The notes: a model not told the origin generated them from the sequence alone. DNA of 64,000 nt from an uncultured Gammaproteobacteria bacterium (GCA_964609895.1 CAZSTG010000001.1:141897-205896), one strand, 5' to 3'; shown: positions 40,881-50,473, counted from the stretch's first letter. Translations and numbers: made by a program.

Positions 40881-42545
40881 ATGAAAAACTGGAATATAAA
40901 ATATATGGGTACGGATGAAATAGAGAACACGGATGATGTGGTACGTTTACTTCTTCAGAATCGGGGAATGACGGACACTCGTTCACAAAAGGCGTTTCTT
41001 CACCCGAAAGATCCGCTAAAACTGACCGCAACAGATGTCTTGATAGATGAGTCTTCACTAAAAAACGCATTACAGCGGATACGGAGCGCCATCGCAAACA
41101 AGGAATCAGTGGTTGTGTACGCGGATTATGATGCTGATGGTATCACTGCAGGGTCAATCATGTGGGAAGCGCTGCACAAACTGGGCGCGCAAATCATGCC
41201 GTATGTGCCGCACCGGATAGAGGAGGGATACGGACTGTCCGAGAAAGGGATTGATACCTGTATCCGTGAATATCATCCGAAACTGATCATCACGGTGGAT
41301 CACGGCATCACCGCAAAACAGCAGGTGGCATACGCGAAAAAACTCGGCGTGGAAGTGATTGTCACGGATCATCATTTGCCGCCGGATGAGATACCCGACT
41401 GCACTATCGTGCATACGACGGAACTGTGTGGTGCGGGCGTATCATGGTTTATCGCAAAGACATTGCTTTTGGAACAGGACATGCAGGAGGAGGCAAATGA
41501 TCTTCTTGCACTTGCCGCCATCGGCACGATTGCCGACATGGTACCTTTAATCAGTGCAAACAGAAGCATCGCAAAATTCGGTCTGCAGGAAATTATGAAA
41601 ACAAAACGCATTGGGATAAAGGCACTGATGCACGAGGCGGCACTGGATGAAAAAATCATAGCAACATCCGACATTTCCCACATGATAGCACCGAGACTGA
41701 ACGCCATGGGAAGGCTTGATCATGCCATCGATGCACTCAGACTTTTGTGTACGAAAAATCCGGAACGGGCAAGTATGCTGGCATCGAAGCTTGGGGAAAC
41801 AAACAAAGAGCGGCAGCAGCTAACTGTCGACTCGACACTGCACGCGCTGACGGGACTTTCCAAAATTGAAAATATTAAAGAAAACAAAATACTCGTAGTG
41901 TCCGATCCCTCATATAATCCTGGGATTATCGGGCTTGTCGCAGGGAAGTTGGTGGAGGAATATTATCGTCCATCCATCGTCATTGCGGAAGGGGAATTTT
42001 TTTCCAAGGCATCCGCGCGTTCCATCGCGGGATTTAATATTGTTGAATTTATCAGGAAAGCAGGGGATTTATTGGTTGATGTCGGCGGGCATCCGATGGC
42101 CGCAGGTTTTACCGTTGAGACAAAAAATATTTCCGCACTCAAGGAATTTTTTGCAACGCATATCGACGGACTCTTGGATGCATCATTGTTTGTCAGGTCA
42201 CTGCCCGTTGACATGGAGCTTCCATATTTCTTGGTGACCCGATCTTTGGTGGATGCGCTGAAGGATTTTTCTCCGTATGGACTTGCAAACTATGAACCGG
42301 TGTTCGTGACGCGCGGACTCATCATTGAACAGCAACGAAAAATTGGAGCCAAACAAAATCATCTGAAACTGAAACTGAAAAATCAGGAAAAGAAGATTGT
42401 CGATGCAGTCGCATTCGGACTGGGCGGAATGGCCGATACACTTCCGGTCGGTGCACGTGTGGATGTTGCCTATACGATCGATGAAAATACATGGAACGGG
42501 ACAACAACCATGCAGATGAAGATACGGGATATTCAGCCACAATAA
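40881..42545 (+). CDS. recJ: single-stranded-DNA-specific exonuclease RecJ
   Basis: DHH (...VVYADYDADGITAG..., ...DHGIT...) and DHHA1 domains. ATG 40881, divergent from cca. Confidence 0.9.
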   Translation: MKNWNIKYMGTDEIENTDDVVRLLLQNRGMTDTRSQKAFLHPKDPLKLTATDVLIDESSLKNALQRIRSAIANKESVVVYADYDADGITAGSIMWEALHKLGAQIMPYVPHRIEEGYGLSEKGIDTCIREYHPKLIITVDHGITAKQQVAYAKKLGVEVIVTDHHLPPDEIPDCTIVHTTELCGAGVSWFIAKTLLLEQDMQEEANDLLALAAIGTIADMVPLISANRSIAKFGLQEIMKTKRIGIKALMHEAALDEKIIATSDISHMIAPRLNAMGRLDHAIDALRLLCTKNPERASMLASKLGETNKERQQLTVDSTLHALTGLSKIENIKENKILVVSDPSYNPGIIGLVAGKLVEEYYRPSIVIAEGEFFSKASARSIAGFNIVEFIRKAGDLLVDVGGHPMAAGFTVETKNISALKEFFATHIDGLLDASLFVRSLPVDMELPYFLVTRSLVDALKDFSPYGLANYEPVFVTRGLIIEQQRKIGAKQNHLKLKLKNQEKKIVDAVAFGLGGMADTLPVGARVDVAYTIDENTWNGTTTMQMKIRDIQPQ

Positions 42546-42599
42546 ACCCCGCATGTTTCCGGCCGCTTTTGACCGTCACAGACGGGGTATTGTTTTTTT
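42546..42599 (+). terminator. intrinsic terminator downstream of recJ (CCGTC-ACA-GACGG nested in CCCCG...CGGGG, then TATTGTTTTTTT)
   Basis: Inverted repeats and T-run read directly from sequence. Confidence 0.5.
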
Positions 42600-42698
42600 C
42601 TATTTTCACAAAACACCGTAATTTCCGCGGTCAACAATTGACCGCATAAAAAATGGTGTTTTGTGAAGTTGAGTGAAATATATAAAGATATCCGTTTT

Positions 42699-42740
42699 GG
42701 AAATCCTCAGCGTATATGCTGATAAATACTGAGGATTTCC
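42699..42740. repeat. perfect 12-bp inverted repeat GGAAATCCTCAG-N18-CTGAGGATTTCC
   Basis: Exact reverse-complement arms. Not followed by a U-tract on either strand. Confidence 0.7.
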
Positions 42741-42763
42741 ATGAGGATTCACTCCGGAAGAAT

Positions 42764-43000
42764 TTATGATACTGCCGCCCTATCAGTTGCTTCTCCAAGA
42801 CCTGAGCCTCTGCGTTGTTTCGGCATCTGTCCTTTCTTTGTTTTAGGTTTAGAGAAGTTTTTTGGCATATGTGCTGAACAGCGAGGTTTGCCATTGACGT
42901 TATATTGTGCCGGCAAACCGCACGGTTGTGTCGTTGAACTACGATCAACCAGTTCTTCCTTGGTGCAGGTGCTTCCTGGTGTTGCGATAGTTATGTTCAT
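42764..43000 (-). CDS. hypothetical small basic protein (78 aa)
   Basis: ATG at 43000 preceded by AGGAGAA + 6 nt. Protein MNITIATPGSTCTKEELV...KPKTKKGQMPKQRRG is low-complexity and K/R-rich. Overlaps an antisense + ORF, so coding status is uncertain. Confidence 0.35.
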   Translation of the reverse strand: MNITIATPGSTCTKEELVDRSSTTQPCGLPAQYNVNGKPRCSAHMPKNFSKPKTKKGQMPKQRRGSGLGEATDRAAVS

Positions 43001-43102
43001 TATCAATTCTCCTAAAATGAATATATTTCACTCGGTATGTTGAGTGGAAAAAAGAAGTGAAATAATTCACTGCTCATTCCCAATCAATATGTTGTTAAAG
43101 AA

Positions 43103-43190
43103 CAATAAAAAACCTCCCGCTTATTGGGAGGTTCATTGTGTGTTTTTTTTGTGTTTCGTTACTTCAACACACAAATCCTCCCGCCTTGTG
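43103..43190 (-). promoter_or_regulatory. attenuator-like leader: minus-sense terminator (CCTCCC-AATAAGC-GGGAGG + U6) preceded by a competing GGCGGGAGGATTTGTGTGT segment
   Basis: The upstream segment (plus 43167-43185) can pair with ACACACAATGAACCTCCC, offering an antiterminator alternative to the terminator. Confidence 0.35.
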
Positions 43191-43266
43191 GACGAGAATA
43201 ATCTGTGTCACTCGAAGTATATTCTGTTTCATACAATAACGGATATTATGCAAGATGAGATAATCC

Positions 43267-43295
43267 TTGTCAAGCTATTGACGAAGCTTTAAAAT
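43267..43295 (+). promoter_or_regulatory. sigma70-like promoter TTGTCA-N17-TAAAAT for aspS, overlapping a TTGACA on the opposite strand
   Basis: Spacing read directly. The -10 overlaps the first in-frame ATG (43294), so the predicted TSS falls at about the second ATG (43303). Confidence 0.4.
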
Positions 43296-43302
43296 GAGTT
43301 CT

Positions 43303-44667
43303 ATGAGAACTCTCATTGCCGAAACTACGGGAAAAACAGGGGAAACAGTTACTATACAAGGATGGATTAACGCGCGTCGTGACCACGGGAAAATCATGTT
43401 TTTGGACGTTCGGGACAGAACAGGTGTTGTGCAGGTTGTTTCCATGAAAACGCTTGGCGACGTGAAACCGGAGGATTGTGTGGAGATTACAGGACTGGTG
43501 AAGAGTCGTCCTGAATCCATGGTGAATCCGAAACTGGTGACGGGAACAATCGAGATGGAAGCACAGATGGTAACGATACTTTCTGCAGCTACTGAACTCC
43601 CATTCCCACTCGATACGGATGGAAAAGAAATCAACGAGGAAATCCGGCTCAAATACCGCTATCTCGATCTTCGAAGGGAACGGATGCAGAAGAACATAAA
43701 ACTCAGATCAAAAGTGGTGAATATGATGCGTGAGTATCTGTTTGCCAAAGACTTCACAGAGATAGAAACGCCGATGCTTACCAAATCAACGCCTGAAGGC
43801 TCACGGGATTTTCTCGTGCCGTCGCGGTTGCAGCAGGGCGAATTTTATGCGCTTCCGCAGTCGCCGCAGCAATATAAACAGCTTTTGATGGTTGCGGGAT
43901 TTGAACGGTATTTTCAAATAGCTCGGTGCATGCGTGATGAGGATTTGCGCGCTGACCGCGGATTTGAACACACGCAGCTTGATATCGAAATGAGTTTTGT
44001 GAAACGCGAAGATGTCATGAAACTCATCGAACAGATGGTGACGGAAATTGTCGAAAAGCTCGGCGGAGTCATTCAAAAAAAACCGTTTCCGGTGTTTACT
44101 TACAAGCAGGCGATGGAACAGTTTGGCGCCGATAAATTTGATCTTCGGTCGGATGAGGAAAAGAAACAGGGTGTGAATGCATTTGCGTGGGTTGTTGATT
44201 TTCCATTCTTTGAAAAAGACAAAGACGGGAAATGGACGTATACACATAATCCGTTTTCCGGCATGCCCGAAGAGCAAAAAGAGGCGTTCATGAATGGTGA
44301 GATTGAAGGGATTTCGACACTCCAATATGATCTTGTGTGGAATGGATATGAAGCGGGCGGTGGAAGCATCAGAAGTAATGATCCGGCAGTACTTTCAAAA
44401 GTGTTTGAAGTGCTTGGGCATTCCAAAGAAGAGGTGCAGGAAAAATTTGGACATATGCTGACTGCATTCGGATATGGCGCACCGCCGCACGGCGGTATTG
44501 CTCTTGGCATTGACCGGTTTTTAATGGGACTTACAGGTGAAACATCCATCAAGGAAGTGCAGGCATTCCCGCAGACATCAAGCGGTCAGACGAGTGTGAT
44601 GGATGCACCGAGCAAGGTTGCAGAAGAACAGCTGAAAGAACTGGGACTTTCCCTCAAAAAGAAATAG
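43303..44667 (+). CDS. aspS: aspartate--tRNA ligase, short archaeal/eukaryal-type (no GAD insertion domain)
   Basis: Class-II motifs (...FERYFQIARCMRDEDLRADR..., ...GGGSIR...). 454-457 aa depending on start (ATG 43294 or 43303). No SD before either. Confidence 0.88.
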   Translation: MRTLIAETTGKTGETVTIQGWINARRDHGKIMFLDVRDRTGVVQVVSMKTLGDVKPEDCVEITGLVKSRPESMVNPKLVTGTIEMEAQMVTILSAATELPFPLDTDGKEINEEIRLKYRYLDLRRERMQKNIKLRSKVVNMMREYLFAKDFTEIETPMLTKSTPEGSRDFLVPSRLQQGEFYALPQSPQQYKQLLMVAGFERYFQIARCMRDEDLRADRGFEHTQLDIEMSFVKREDVMKLIEQMVTEIVEKLGGVIQKKPFPVFTYKQAMEQFGADKFDLRSDEEKKQGVNAFAWVVDFPFFEKDKDGKWTYTHNPFSGMPEEQKEAFMNGEIEGISTLQYDLVWNGYEAGGGSIRSNDPAVLSKVFEVLGHSKEEVQEKFGHMLTAFGYGAPPHGGIALGIDRFLMGLTGETSIKEVQAFPQTSSGQTSVMDAPSKVAEEQLKELGLSLKKK

Positions 44668-44689
44668 AAAATATTGTGTTATCCCTGCC

Positions 44690-45661
44690 ATGCAAAAAAT
44701 TCATACGATTGTCAAAAAAATTCCTGACGTTTTGAAAAGCCGTTGGGACAAATGGCTTATCCTTGCGGGGCTTGTCGGTTTCTTTGTTTTTTATCCCGGA
44801 CAAAACAGATATATGATTGGACAGTTTTCCGAAGTACAGAACACTCAATCGCAGACAGGTGCCATTCCGACACCTCCTCCGTATCCCGTCAACAAAACGG
44901 GGATAACGCCAAACGGCGAAATCTCGGCCAAATCCGTGGTCGTGCAGGATCTGACGTCGGGTGTGTATGTGTACAAGCGAAACAGTATGGAACGGCTTGC
45001 TCCCGCATCGACGACAAAAATTCTGACCGCACTTGTGGTGCTTGATGCGATGACGCCTGATGAAGTGCTCACCGTACCCCAGAATGTGATGCGTGACGGG
45101 CAGCAGATGGGACTAGTCGCGGGTGAAAAAATCACAGTGGAAAATCTTTTGTACGGACTGCTTATCTATTCGGGCAATGACGCGGGATATGCGCTCGCGC
45201 AAAGTTATGCGGGCGGCTATGATGCATTCATTCAGGCAATGAACAAAAAAGCTGAAGATTTGCATCTGACGGGCAGTCACTTCACCAATCCTGTCGGGTT
45301 CGATGACCCTAATCATTACATGACCGCGGAAGATTTAGCTCGTCTTGCTGATGTTGCCCTGTTAAATAAGACCATTGCAAAAATGGTCGGCATTCCGCAG
45401 ATCACTGTTTCCGATGTGACACACACCTATTTTCACAAACTCAGTAACGTCAATCAGCTGCTCGGGAAAATTCCGGGTGTTGCGGGTATTAAAACAGGAT
45501 GGACGGAAGAGGCGGGGGAAAACCTTGTGACACTCATGGAACGGGACGGCCGAAGAGTGATCATTGTAGTTTTGAAAAGCAAAGACCGGTTCGCCGATAC
45601 GATCGCCCTCATCAATTGGACATTTGCCAATATCGAATGGCAAACGTATAGTGCAGAGTAG
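44690..45661 (+). CDS. D-alanyl-D-alanine carboxypeptidase (serine peptidase S11, PBP5-like)
   Basis: N-terminal TM. SxxK (ASTTK), SGN (YSGND) and KTG (GIKTGWT) motifs. Confidence 0.85.
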   Translation: MQKIHTIVKKIPDVLKSRWDKWLILAGLVGFFVFYPGQNRYMIGQFSEVQNTQSQTGAIPTPPPYPVNKTGITPNGEISAKSVVVQDLTSGVYVYKRNSMERLAPASTTKILTALVVLDAMTPDEVLTVPQNVMRDGQQMGLVAGEKITVENLLYGLLIYSGNDAGYALAQSYAGGYDAFIQAMNKKAEDLHLTGSHFTNPVGFDDPNHYMTAEDLARLADVALLNKTIAKMVGIPQITVSDVTHTYFHKLSNVNQLLGKIPGVAGIKTGWTEEAGENLVTLMERDGRRVIIVVLKSKDRFADTIALINWTFANIEWQTYSAE

Positions 45662-45666
45662 GGAGT

Positions 45667-46728
45667 TTATTTGTTTTCAATCCATGCGGCTTCCACAGCA
45701 GGAACATACGCGAGAAAATCATCGTCACCTTCAAACACAAATACCGGTTGGAGATATGTCTGGGGTTCGATGGAGTCGTAATAGGCAAGATGCACTTTTC
45801 GTATGACGGCTGTTGTTCCGGATTTTGGATATCGTGCAATATAACCCTGTCCGTTTTGCAGTTCTGTCCACGCAAGACTGCTCTCCTTTAAACCGTAGGT
45901 CGCCGTTGTCTGATAATCAATCGGCCAGAATGTGTAGGCAAACTGCAGAACTCGTTTTTTTATATTTTTCGATCCGGAGAAGACAAAAGAAATAGCTCCT
46001 TCATCCGGATATGGGGTAACTATGGCGGTTCCTGCAACCGGTGCCCTGAAAAAGTCGATACGGATACTGTCTGCTTGGGAAAGGCTAGTTGTCTGTACAA
46101 GCGTATCTCCCGAAAGCTTTAAAAACTGTACTGTGCTTGTTCCCTTTTCAATGTCGTCTTCGTATATTCCGTATGTCTGAAGCATATTTTTTGCTTCCAG
46201 TTTTGCTGCGTCTGCAAGCGGAATATTTCGTTCGGCAAACACTGCCATGTCCTGCTCATACAAATACCGCAGGATAAAGTTTTTTGAGACGATATCGTAT
46301 CGAAGTTTTCTGAGCGGCGCATCGGTATCTTCAAACCGGTAAATATATTTTGTTTCCTGAATCGGTTCACCGGTAAATTCGAGACGTTTGGCAAATTCCG
46401 TTGCTTTGGTAAGCGCCAAGAGATTAGATGCCAGTTTCGGCATGAAAAATACGGTTGCCGATTCCGACGCCTTCGGGACTGTTCCTTCAATGGTTTCCAA
46501 CCTGAATGTCAGTGATGCAGAAGGGGAAGCGGTTGCGGCGGGAAACTGCACTGCCGGCAATTTGCCAAATGCGTGATTGGGTGGCGGGGCTTGCGGCGGA
46601 AAAATGGTGAGCCAGATGGAAACAAAAACGCTCCATAAAAGTCGAAGAATGATATAGGCGACGACAGCAAGAATGGCCCAATTGATGGCCTTTCTCGTCT
46701 GATACGCAGTTTCCGTTAGTGTCGCCAT
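45667..46728 (-). CDS. hypothetical membrane-anchored protein
   Basis: Start at MATLTETAYQ (ATG 46728), followed by TM helix INWAILAVVAYIILRLLWSVFVSIWL. Large extracytoplasmic domain with no recognisable motif. Confidence 0.6.
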   Translation of the reverse strand: MATLTETAYQTRKAINWAILAVVAYIILRLLWSVFVSIWLTIFPPQAPPPNHAFGKLPAVQFPAATASPSASLTFRLETIEGTVPKASESATVFFMPKLASNLLALTKATEFAKRLEFTGEPIQETKYIYRFEDTDAPLRKLRYDIVSKNFILRYLYEQDMAVFAERNIPLADAAKLEAKNMLQTYGIYEDDIEKGTSTVQFLKLSGDTLVQTTSLSQADSIRIDFFRAPVAGTAIVTPYPDEGAISFVFSGSKNIKKRVLQFAYTFWPIDYQTTATYGLKESSLAWTELQNGQGYIARYPKSGTTAVIRKVHLAYYDSIEPQTYLQPVFVFEGDDDFLAYVPAVEAAWIENK

Positions 46729-46775
46729 ACGTATAAGTATACAGCATATTTGTGTGGTACAATGCATAGGTAAAT

Positions 46776-48173
46776 ATGACGACAGTTCGTACCCGAATTG
46801 CACCATCTCCTACAGGTCAAGACTTACATATCGGCAACGCGTATACCGCGCTTATCAACTATGTGATGGCCAAAAAATACAAAGGCCAGTTCATCATCCG
46901 CATTGAAGATACAGATCAGACGCGTCTCATTGAGGGGTCGGAAGCACGAATTCTCAAATCGTTGGAATGGCTCGGAATACCGCATGATGAAGGACCGGAT
47001 ATCGGCGGCCAATACGCTCCATATCGGCAATCAGACAGACTTCCTTTGTATAAACAGTATGCGGAAGAGCTTGTGGAAAAGGGACATGCATATTACTGTT
47101 TCTGTGATGCTCATCGCCTTGAGGAAATGCGCACAGAACAGGAAGCAAATCATCAGCCGCCCATGTATGATGGCCTTTGCAAGAAAATCCCGCTTAATGA
47201 GGCGAAGGCGCGTGTCGCGAAGGGCGAAAAATATGTTATCCGTCTGAATGTACCCGACGAAGGAACGACGACATTTCATGATTTAATTCGTGGCGATATA
47301 GCATTTGAAAATAAACTGATTGATGATCAGGTGCTTCTGAAATCCGACGGATTTCCGACGTATCATTTAGGCGTTGTAGTGGATGATCACATTATGGAGA
47401 TTACGCACATCATCCGCGGTGAGGAATGGATTTCCTCCACACCGAAACACATTTTGCTGTATCAGTTTTTCGGATGGGAATGTCCAAAAATTGCGCATGT
47501 ATCTGTGCTTCGGAATCCCGATAAGAGCAAACTGTCGAAACGGAAAAATCCAGTGTGGGTTTCCGATTATCGCGCTAAGGGTTATCTGCCTGAGGCGCTG
47601 AAAAACTACATGGGTACGATGGCATGGACATTTCCGGGTAAGGAGCTGTTCACAGTGGATGAGATGATCGAAAAATTTGACATGAACGATGTGCAGACGA
47701 CCGCGCCTGTGTTTGATCAGGAAAAACTCCGGTGGATGAACGGGGAATATATACGGAAGATGGATGAAGGGGAGCTGATCCAAAAAATAAAGGACTTCGA
47801 CGCGACGGTGCCAAAAGACAGCGACGCACTCATGAAAAAGATTCTTCCACTCGTCAAGGAGCGCATGAAAACTATCGGTGAATTTGAGACGCTCGCGGAT
47901 TTTTATTTTGTGAGACCCGTCAAATTTGAACGGCCGGTGGATAAAAAACTACTTGCGACATCCATAGAGGTGTTGACGAAACAATCAGACTGGACGCATG
48001 ATGCGATGGAGAAAGCTATTCGTGATGCCGCTGAAAAAGCTGAGTTGAAAGCACGTGATGTGTTTATGGAACTGCGGCTTGCCGTCACGGGAAAAACAGT
48101 AGGTCCTCCGCTTTTGGAGTCTCTTGTTGTGCTCGGCAAAGAGGAAACGCTAAATCGTCTTCAATCAATTTAG
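46776..48173 (+). CDS. gltX: glutamate--tRNA ligase
   Basis: ...RIAPSPTGQDLHIGNAYTA... HIGH motif, KLSKR (KMSKS) motif. Confidence 0.93.
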   Translation: MTTVRTRIAPSPTGQDLHIGNAYTALINYVMAKKYKGQFIIRIEDTDQTRLIEGSEARILKSLEWLGIPHDEGPDIGGQYAPYRQSDRLPLYKQYAEELVEKGHAYYCFCDAHRLEEMRTEQEANHQPPMYDGLCKKIPLNEAKARVAKGEKYVIRLNVPDEGTTTFHDLIRGDIAFENKLIDDQVLLKSDGFPTYHLGVVVDDHIMEITHIIRGEEWISSTPKHILLYQFFGWECPKIAHVSVLRNPDKSKLSKRKNPVWVSDYRAKGYLPEALKNYMGTMAWTFPGKELFTVDEMIEKFDMNDVQTTAPVFDQEKLRWMNGEYIRKMDEGELIQKIKDFDATVPKDSDALMKKILPLVKERMKTIGEFETLADFYFVRPVKFERPVDKKLLATSIEVLTKQSDWTHDAMEKAIRDAAEKAELKARDVFMELRLAVTGKTVGPPLLESLVVLGKEETLNRLQSI

Positions 48174-48204
48174 CATTTGGCATTGGCCATTTAGCATTGA
48201 TTTT

Positions 48205-49083
48205 TTATTCCAAATAGTCTACCCAGTGTGAATCGACTTCAACGGTGAGATCAAGGTACACTTTTTTGTTGGTCGCTGTCTCAAGTTCTTTTCTGGAAGC
48301 CATGGAAATTTCCTTGATCATGTAGCCTGCTTTTCCCACAATCATACCTTTATATCTATCCTGATTGGTGAGAATCCGTGCTTTGATGTACAGTGTACCG
48401 TCCGGTCGTTCAATGGTGTCATCAATGACGACTGTCAGTGAATACGGCACCTCTTTCCGGAGGAAAAGATATGCCTTTTCTCGGATGATTTCAGAAAGGA
48501 ACATACGGCTGTCAAGATTGAGTCCAGGTTGTGTCAGCGTGGATGTGTCGACGATATCGTCTCCCTCGTGTAAATGTTTGAAAATTGCATCGAGAAGATT
48601 TGGAATATTCTTTCCCTCAAGTGCGGACAGTTCAACGACGTCATCAAATTCGTCCTCGAGGAATTTGTACTGCACGATATGAGTCGGATGTTTGACGTCT
48701 ATCTTGTTGATGGCAAGAATTTTCGCACCTTTTGATTTGCGGACGATACCGAGTGCCTTGTTCTCCTCAAAATCCCGTTCTCTGGTGTGGTCAATCAGAT
48801 ACACAACCACATCAACATCGCTGCCAAGTGCCTCTTCCGCTTTACTGTTGATACGTTTGGAAAGCCGGTCAGGCGTTTTGCCGAAAACTCCGGGTGTGTC
48901 AACGAATATGATTTGTCCCCGCTTATCTTCATAGACCGCCTGCAAAGGAAACCGCGTTGTCTGCGGTTTAGGTGAGGTAATTGAGACCTTTTGTCTTAAG
49001 ATCATGTTGAGAAGGGTTGATTTGCCGGCGTTTGGACGACCAACGATACAGACGACTCCAACCTTCTTTTTTGGTTCTTCCAT
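48205..49083 (-). CDS. era: GTPase Era
   Basis: ...VGRPNAGKSTLLN... G1, DTPG G3, C-terminal KH domain. Confidence 0.9.
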   Translation of the reverse strand: MEEPKKKVGVVCIVGRPNAGKSTLLNMILRQKVSITSPKPQTTRFPLQAVYEDKRGQIIFVDTPGVFGKTPDRLSKRINSKAEEALGSDVDVVVYLIDHTRERDFEENKALGIVRKSKGAKILAINKIDVKHPTHIVQYKFLEDEFDDVVELSALEGKNIPNLLDAIFKHLHEGDDIVDTSTLTQPGLNLDSRMFLSEIIREKAYLFLRKEVPYSLTVVIDDTIERPDGTLYIKARILTNQDRYKGMIVGKAGYMIKEISMASRKELETATNKKVYLDLTVEVDSHWVDYLE

Positions 49084-49178
49084 ATGTATATTGTACCATT
49101 TTTGGTTGGTTGTTTGGAACGACCATTGGTTGCATGCTCCCGATTCCTTAAAAAACAGGGTATACTAGATAGAGAGAT

Positions 49179-49541
49179 ATGAAACATACATACAGAGGAT
49201 TCTCTCAAATAGTCATCATGGCATCCGGAATCGGCGTGCTCATTCTTGTTGCCGTTCTAGGGCTTCTGATTACCAACACACAGGCGGAGACTGCAAAAAA
49301 AGAAGCCGAAGCAGTAAAAAAAGCGATGATTACACCGACACAGACTCCTACTATAGTCCCAACGCCCATTATCCGTTTAGTGGTACCGACCGTGCAAGTG
49401 AGCACTCCGAGCGCGACCGCAGTGCCGACAATAAGCACAGTATCAGCAACAATAAAACCAACAGTAAAACCGTCGATGATACCGACAAGTAAAGCAACTG
49501 GCACTCCGACGCCGAACAGAACAACCACTCCTGCGTTGTAA
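49179..49541 (+). CDS. hypothetical T/P-rich secreted or membrane-anchored protein
   Basis: N-terminal TM segment (IGVLILVAVLGLLI), then a T/P/V low-complexity repeat region. Confidence 0.45.
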   Translation: MKHTYRGFSQIVIMASGIGVLILVAVLGLLITNTQAETAKKEAEAVKKAMITPTQTPTIVPTPIIRLVVPTVQVSTPSATAVPTISTVSATIKPTVKPSMIPTSKATGTPTPNRTTTPAL

Positions 49542-49579
49542 TTCATAGTCCTACCACATTTTGATATACTGCGCTTTGT

Positions 49580-50398
49580 ATGCAACTCGCTGTTTCCCGT
49601 ATCAGACAATTTCAGAAGATGATTTTTAAGTGGTGGAAAACGCATAGGCGTGATCTTCCGTGGAGAAAAACGCATGATCCGTACAAAATTCTTGTGTCGG
49701 AAATTATGTTGCAACAAACACAGGTATCACGGGGATTGCCGAAGTATCTGGAGTTTCTAAATGTATTTCCAACTGTTGAAAAACTTGCAAGCGCGAAGAC
49801 ATCCTCCGTCCTTCGGATGTGGAAAGGGATGGGATATAACAGACGGGCACTCTACCTGCAGAAAGCTGCGCAAACAATCGTCACAGTCCATCATGGGGTT
49901 TTTCCGAAAAATGAACAACAATTGACTGCACTTTCCGGAGTGGGGAAATATACTGCTCGAGCAATATTGGTGTTCGCATATAAAATGGATGTTGCGATGG
50001 TGGATACAAATATCCGTCAGATTATCACGCATTTTTTCTTTGCCGATATTCCGCAAACGGAAAAAATTATTCAAGAGGTTGCAGAACTGCTCGTACCAAA
50101 GGGAAAGTCTTGGGAATGGCATCAGGCACTGATGGATTATGGAGCTATTGCATTAGAAAGAAATAAACAGAGAACCGCAAAAAAGAAAGAAAAGCCGTTC
50201 AAAGAAACAAACCGGTATTTTCGGGGAAGGCTACTGGATTTGGTGTACGAAAAGAAGTGGAAAGAAAGGGATTTGCTTGCCGAGCTAGTAAGAGGTTTTG
50301 GTAAAGACAACGAATTTATGGAACAGGTCATGAGGGGGATGGTAAAAGACGGGTTAATTGTACGCAGTAAAACTGGTATAATCAGCTTACCGGAATAG
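49580..50398 (+). CDS. HhH-GPD DNA glycosylase of the MutY/Nth family (no obvious 4Fe-4S Cys cluster)
   Basis: ...LVSEIMLQQTQV... helix-hairpin-helix GVGKYTA. Catalytic-region D in VDTNIRQI. C-terminus lacks the Cx6Cx2Cx5C motif. Confidence 0.75.
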   Translation: MQLAVSRIRQFQKMIFKWWKTHRRDLPWRKTHDPYKILVSEIMLQQTQVSRGLPKYLEFLNVFPTVEKLASAKTSSVLRMWKGMGYNRRALYLQKAAQTIVTVHHGVFPKNEQQLTALSGVGKYTARAILVFAYKMDVAMVDTNIRQIITHFFFADIPQTEKIIQEVAELLVPKGKSWEWHQALMDYGAIALERNKQRTAKKKEKPFKETNRYFRGRLLDLVYEKKWKERDLLAELVRGFGKDNEFMEQVMRGMVKDGLIVRSKTGIISLPE

Positions 50399-50402
50399 CC
50401 AT

Positions 50403-50473
50403 TGCGGGATCGTATAATGGTAGTACACCTCCCTCTGGAGGAGGTTATCTTGGTCCGAATCCAAGTCCCGCAG
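50403..50473 (+). tRNA. tRNA-Gln (anticodon CTG)
   Basis: Hand-folded. Acceptor TGCGGGA/TCCCGCA with U1:A72 and G73 (Gln identity). D-stem GTAT/GTAC with GG loop. Anticodon stem CCTCC/GGAGG with loop CTCTGGA. T-arm CTTGG-TCCGAAT-CCAAG. 4-nt variable loop. Confidence 0.75.

Noticed and set aside
42741-43043. 100-aa + ORF starting after the 12-bp hairpin
   Set aside because: Not conclusively rejected. The antisense minus ORF (42764..43000) has a stronger SD and an upstream attenuator-like leader, so I listed that one at low confidence instead. Either could be non-coding.
43044-43292. 82-aa + ORF
   Set aside because: Covers the terminator, antiterminator and promoter elements of the recJ-aspS gap. 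No SD, odd composition.
42546-43293. tmRNA / SRP RNA / 6S RNA in the recJ-aspS gap
   Set aside because: Looked for the tRNA-like 3' end (GGTTCGAATCC...ACCA), the SRP helix-8 motif (CCGGAAGGAAGCAGCC) and T-box (AGGGTGGNACCGCG). None found by eye. Only a weak GGAAGCA/CCAAGG resemblance on the minus strand.
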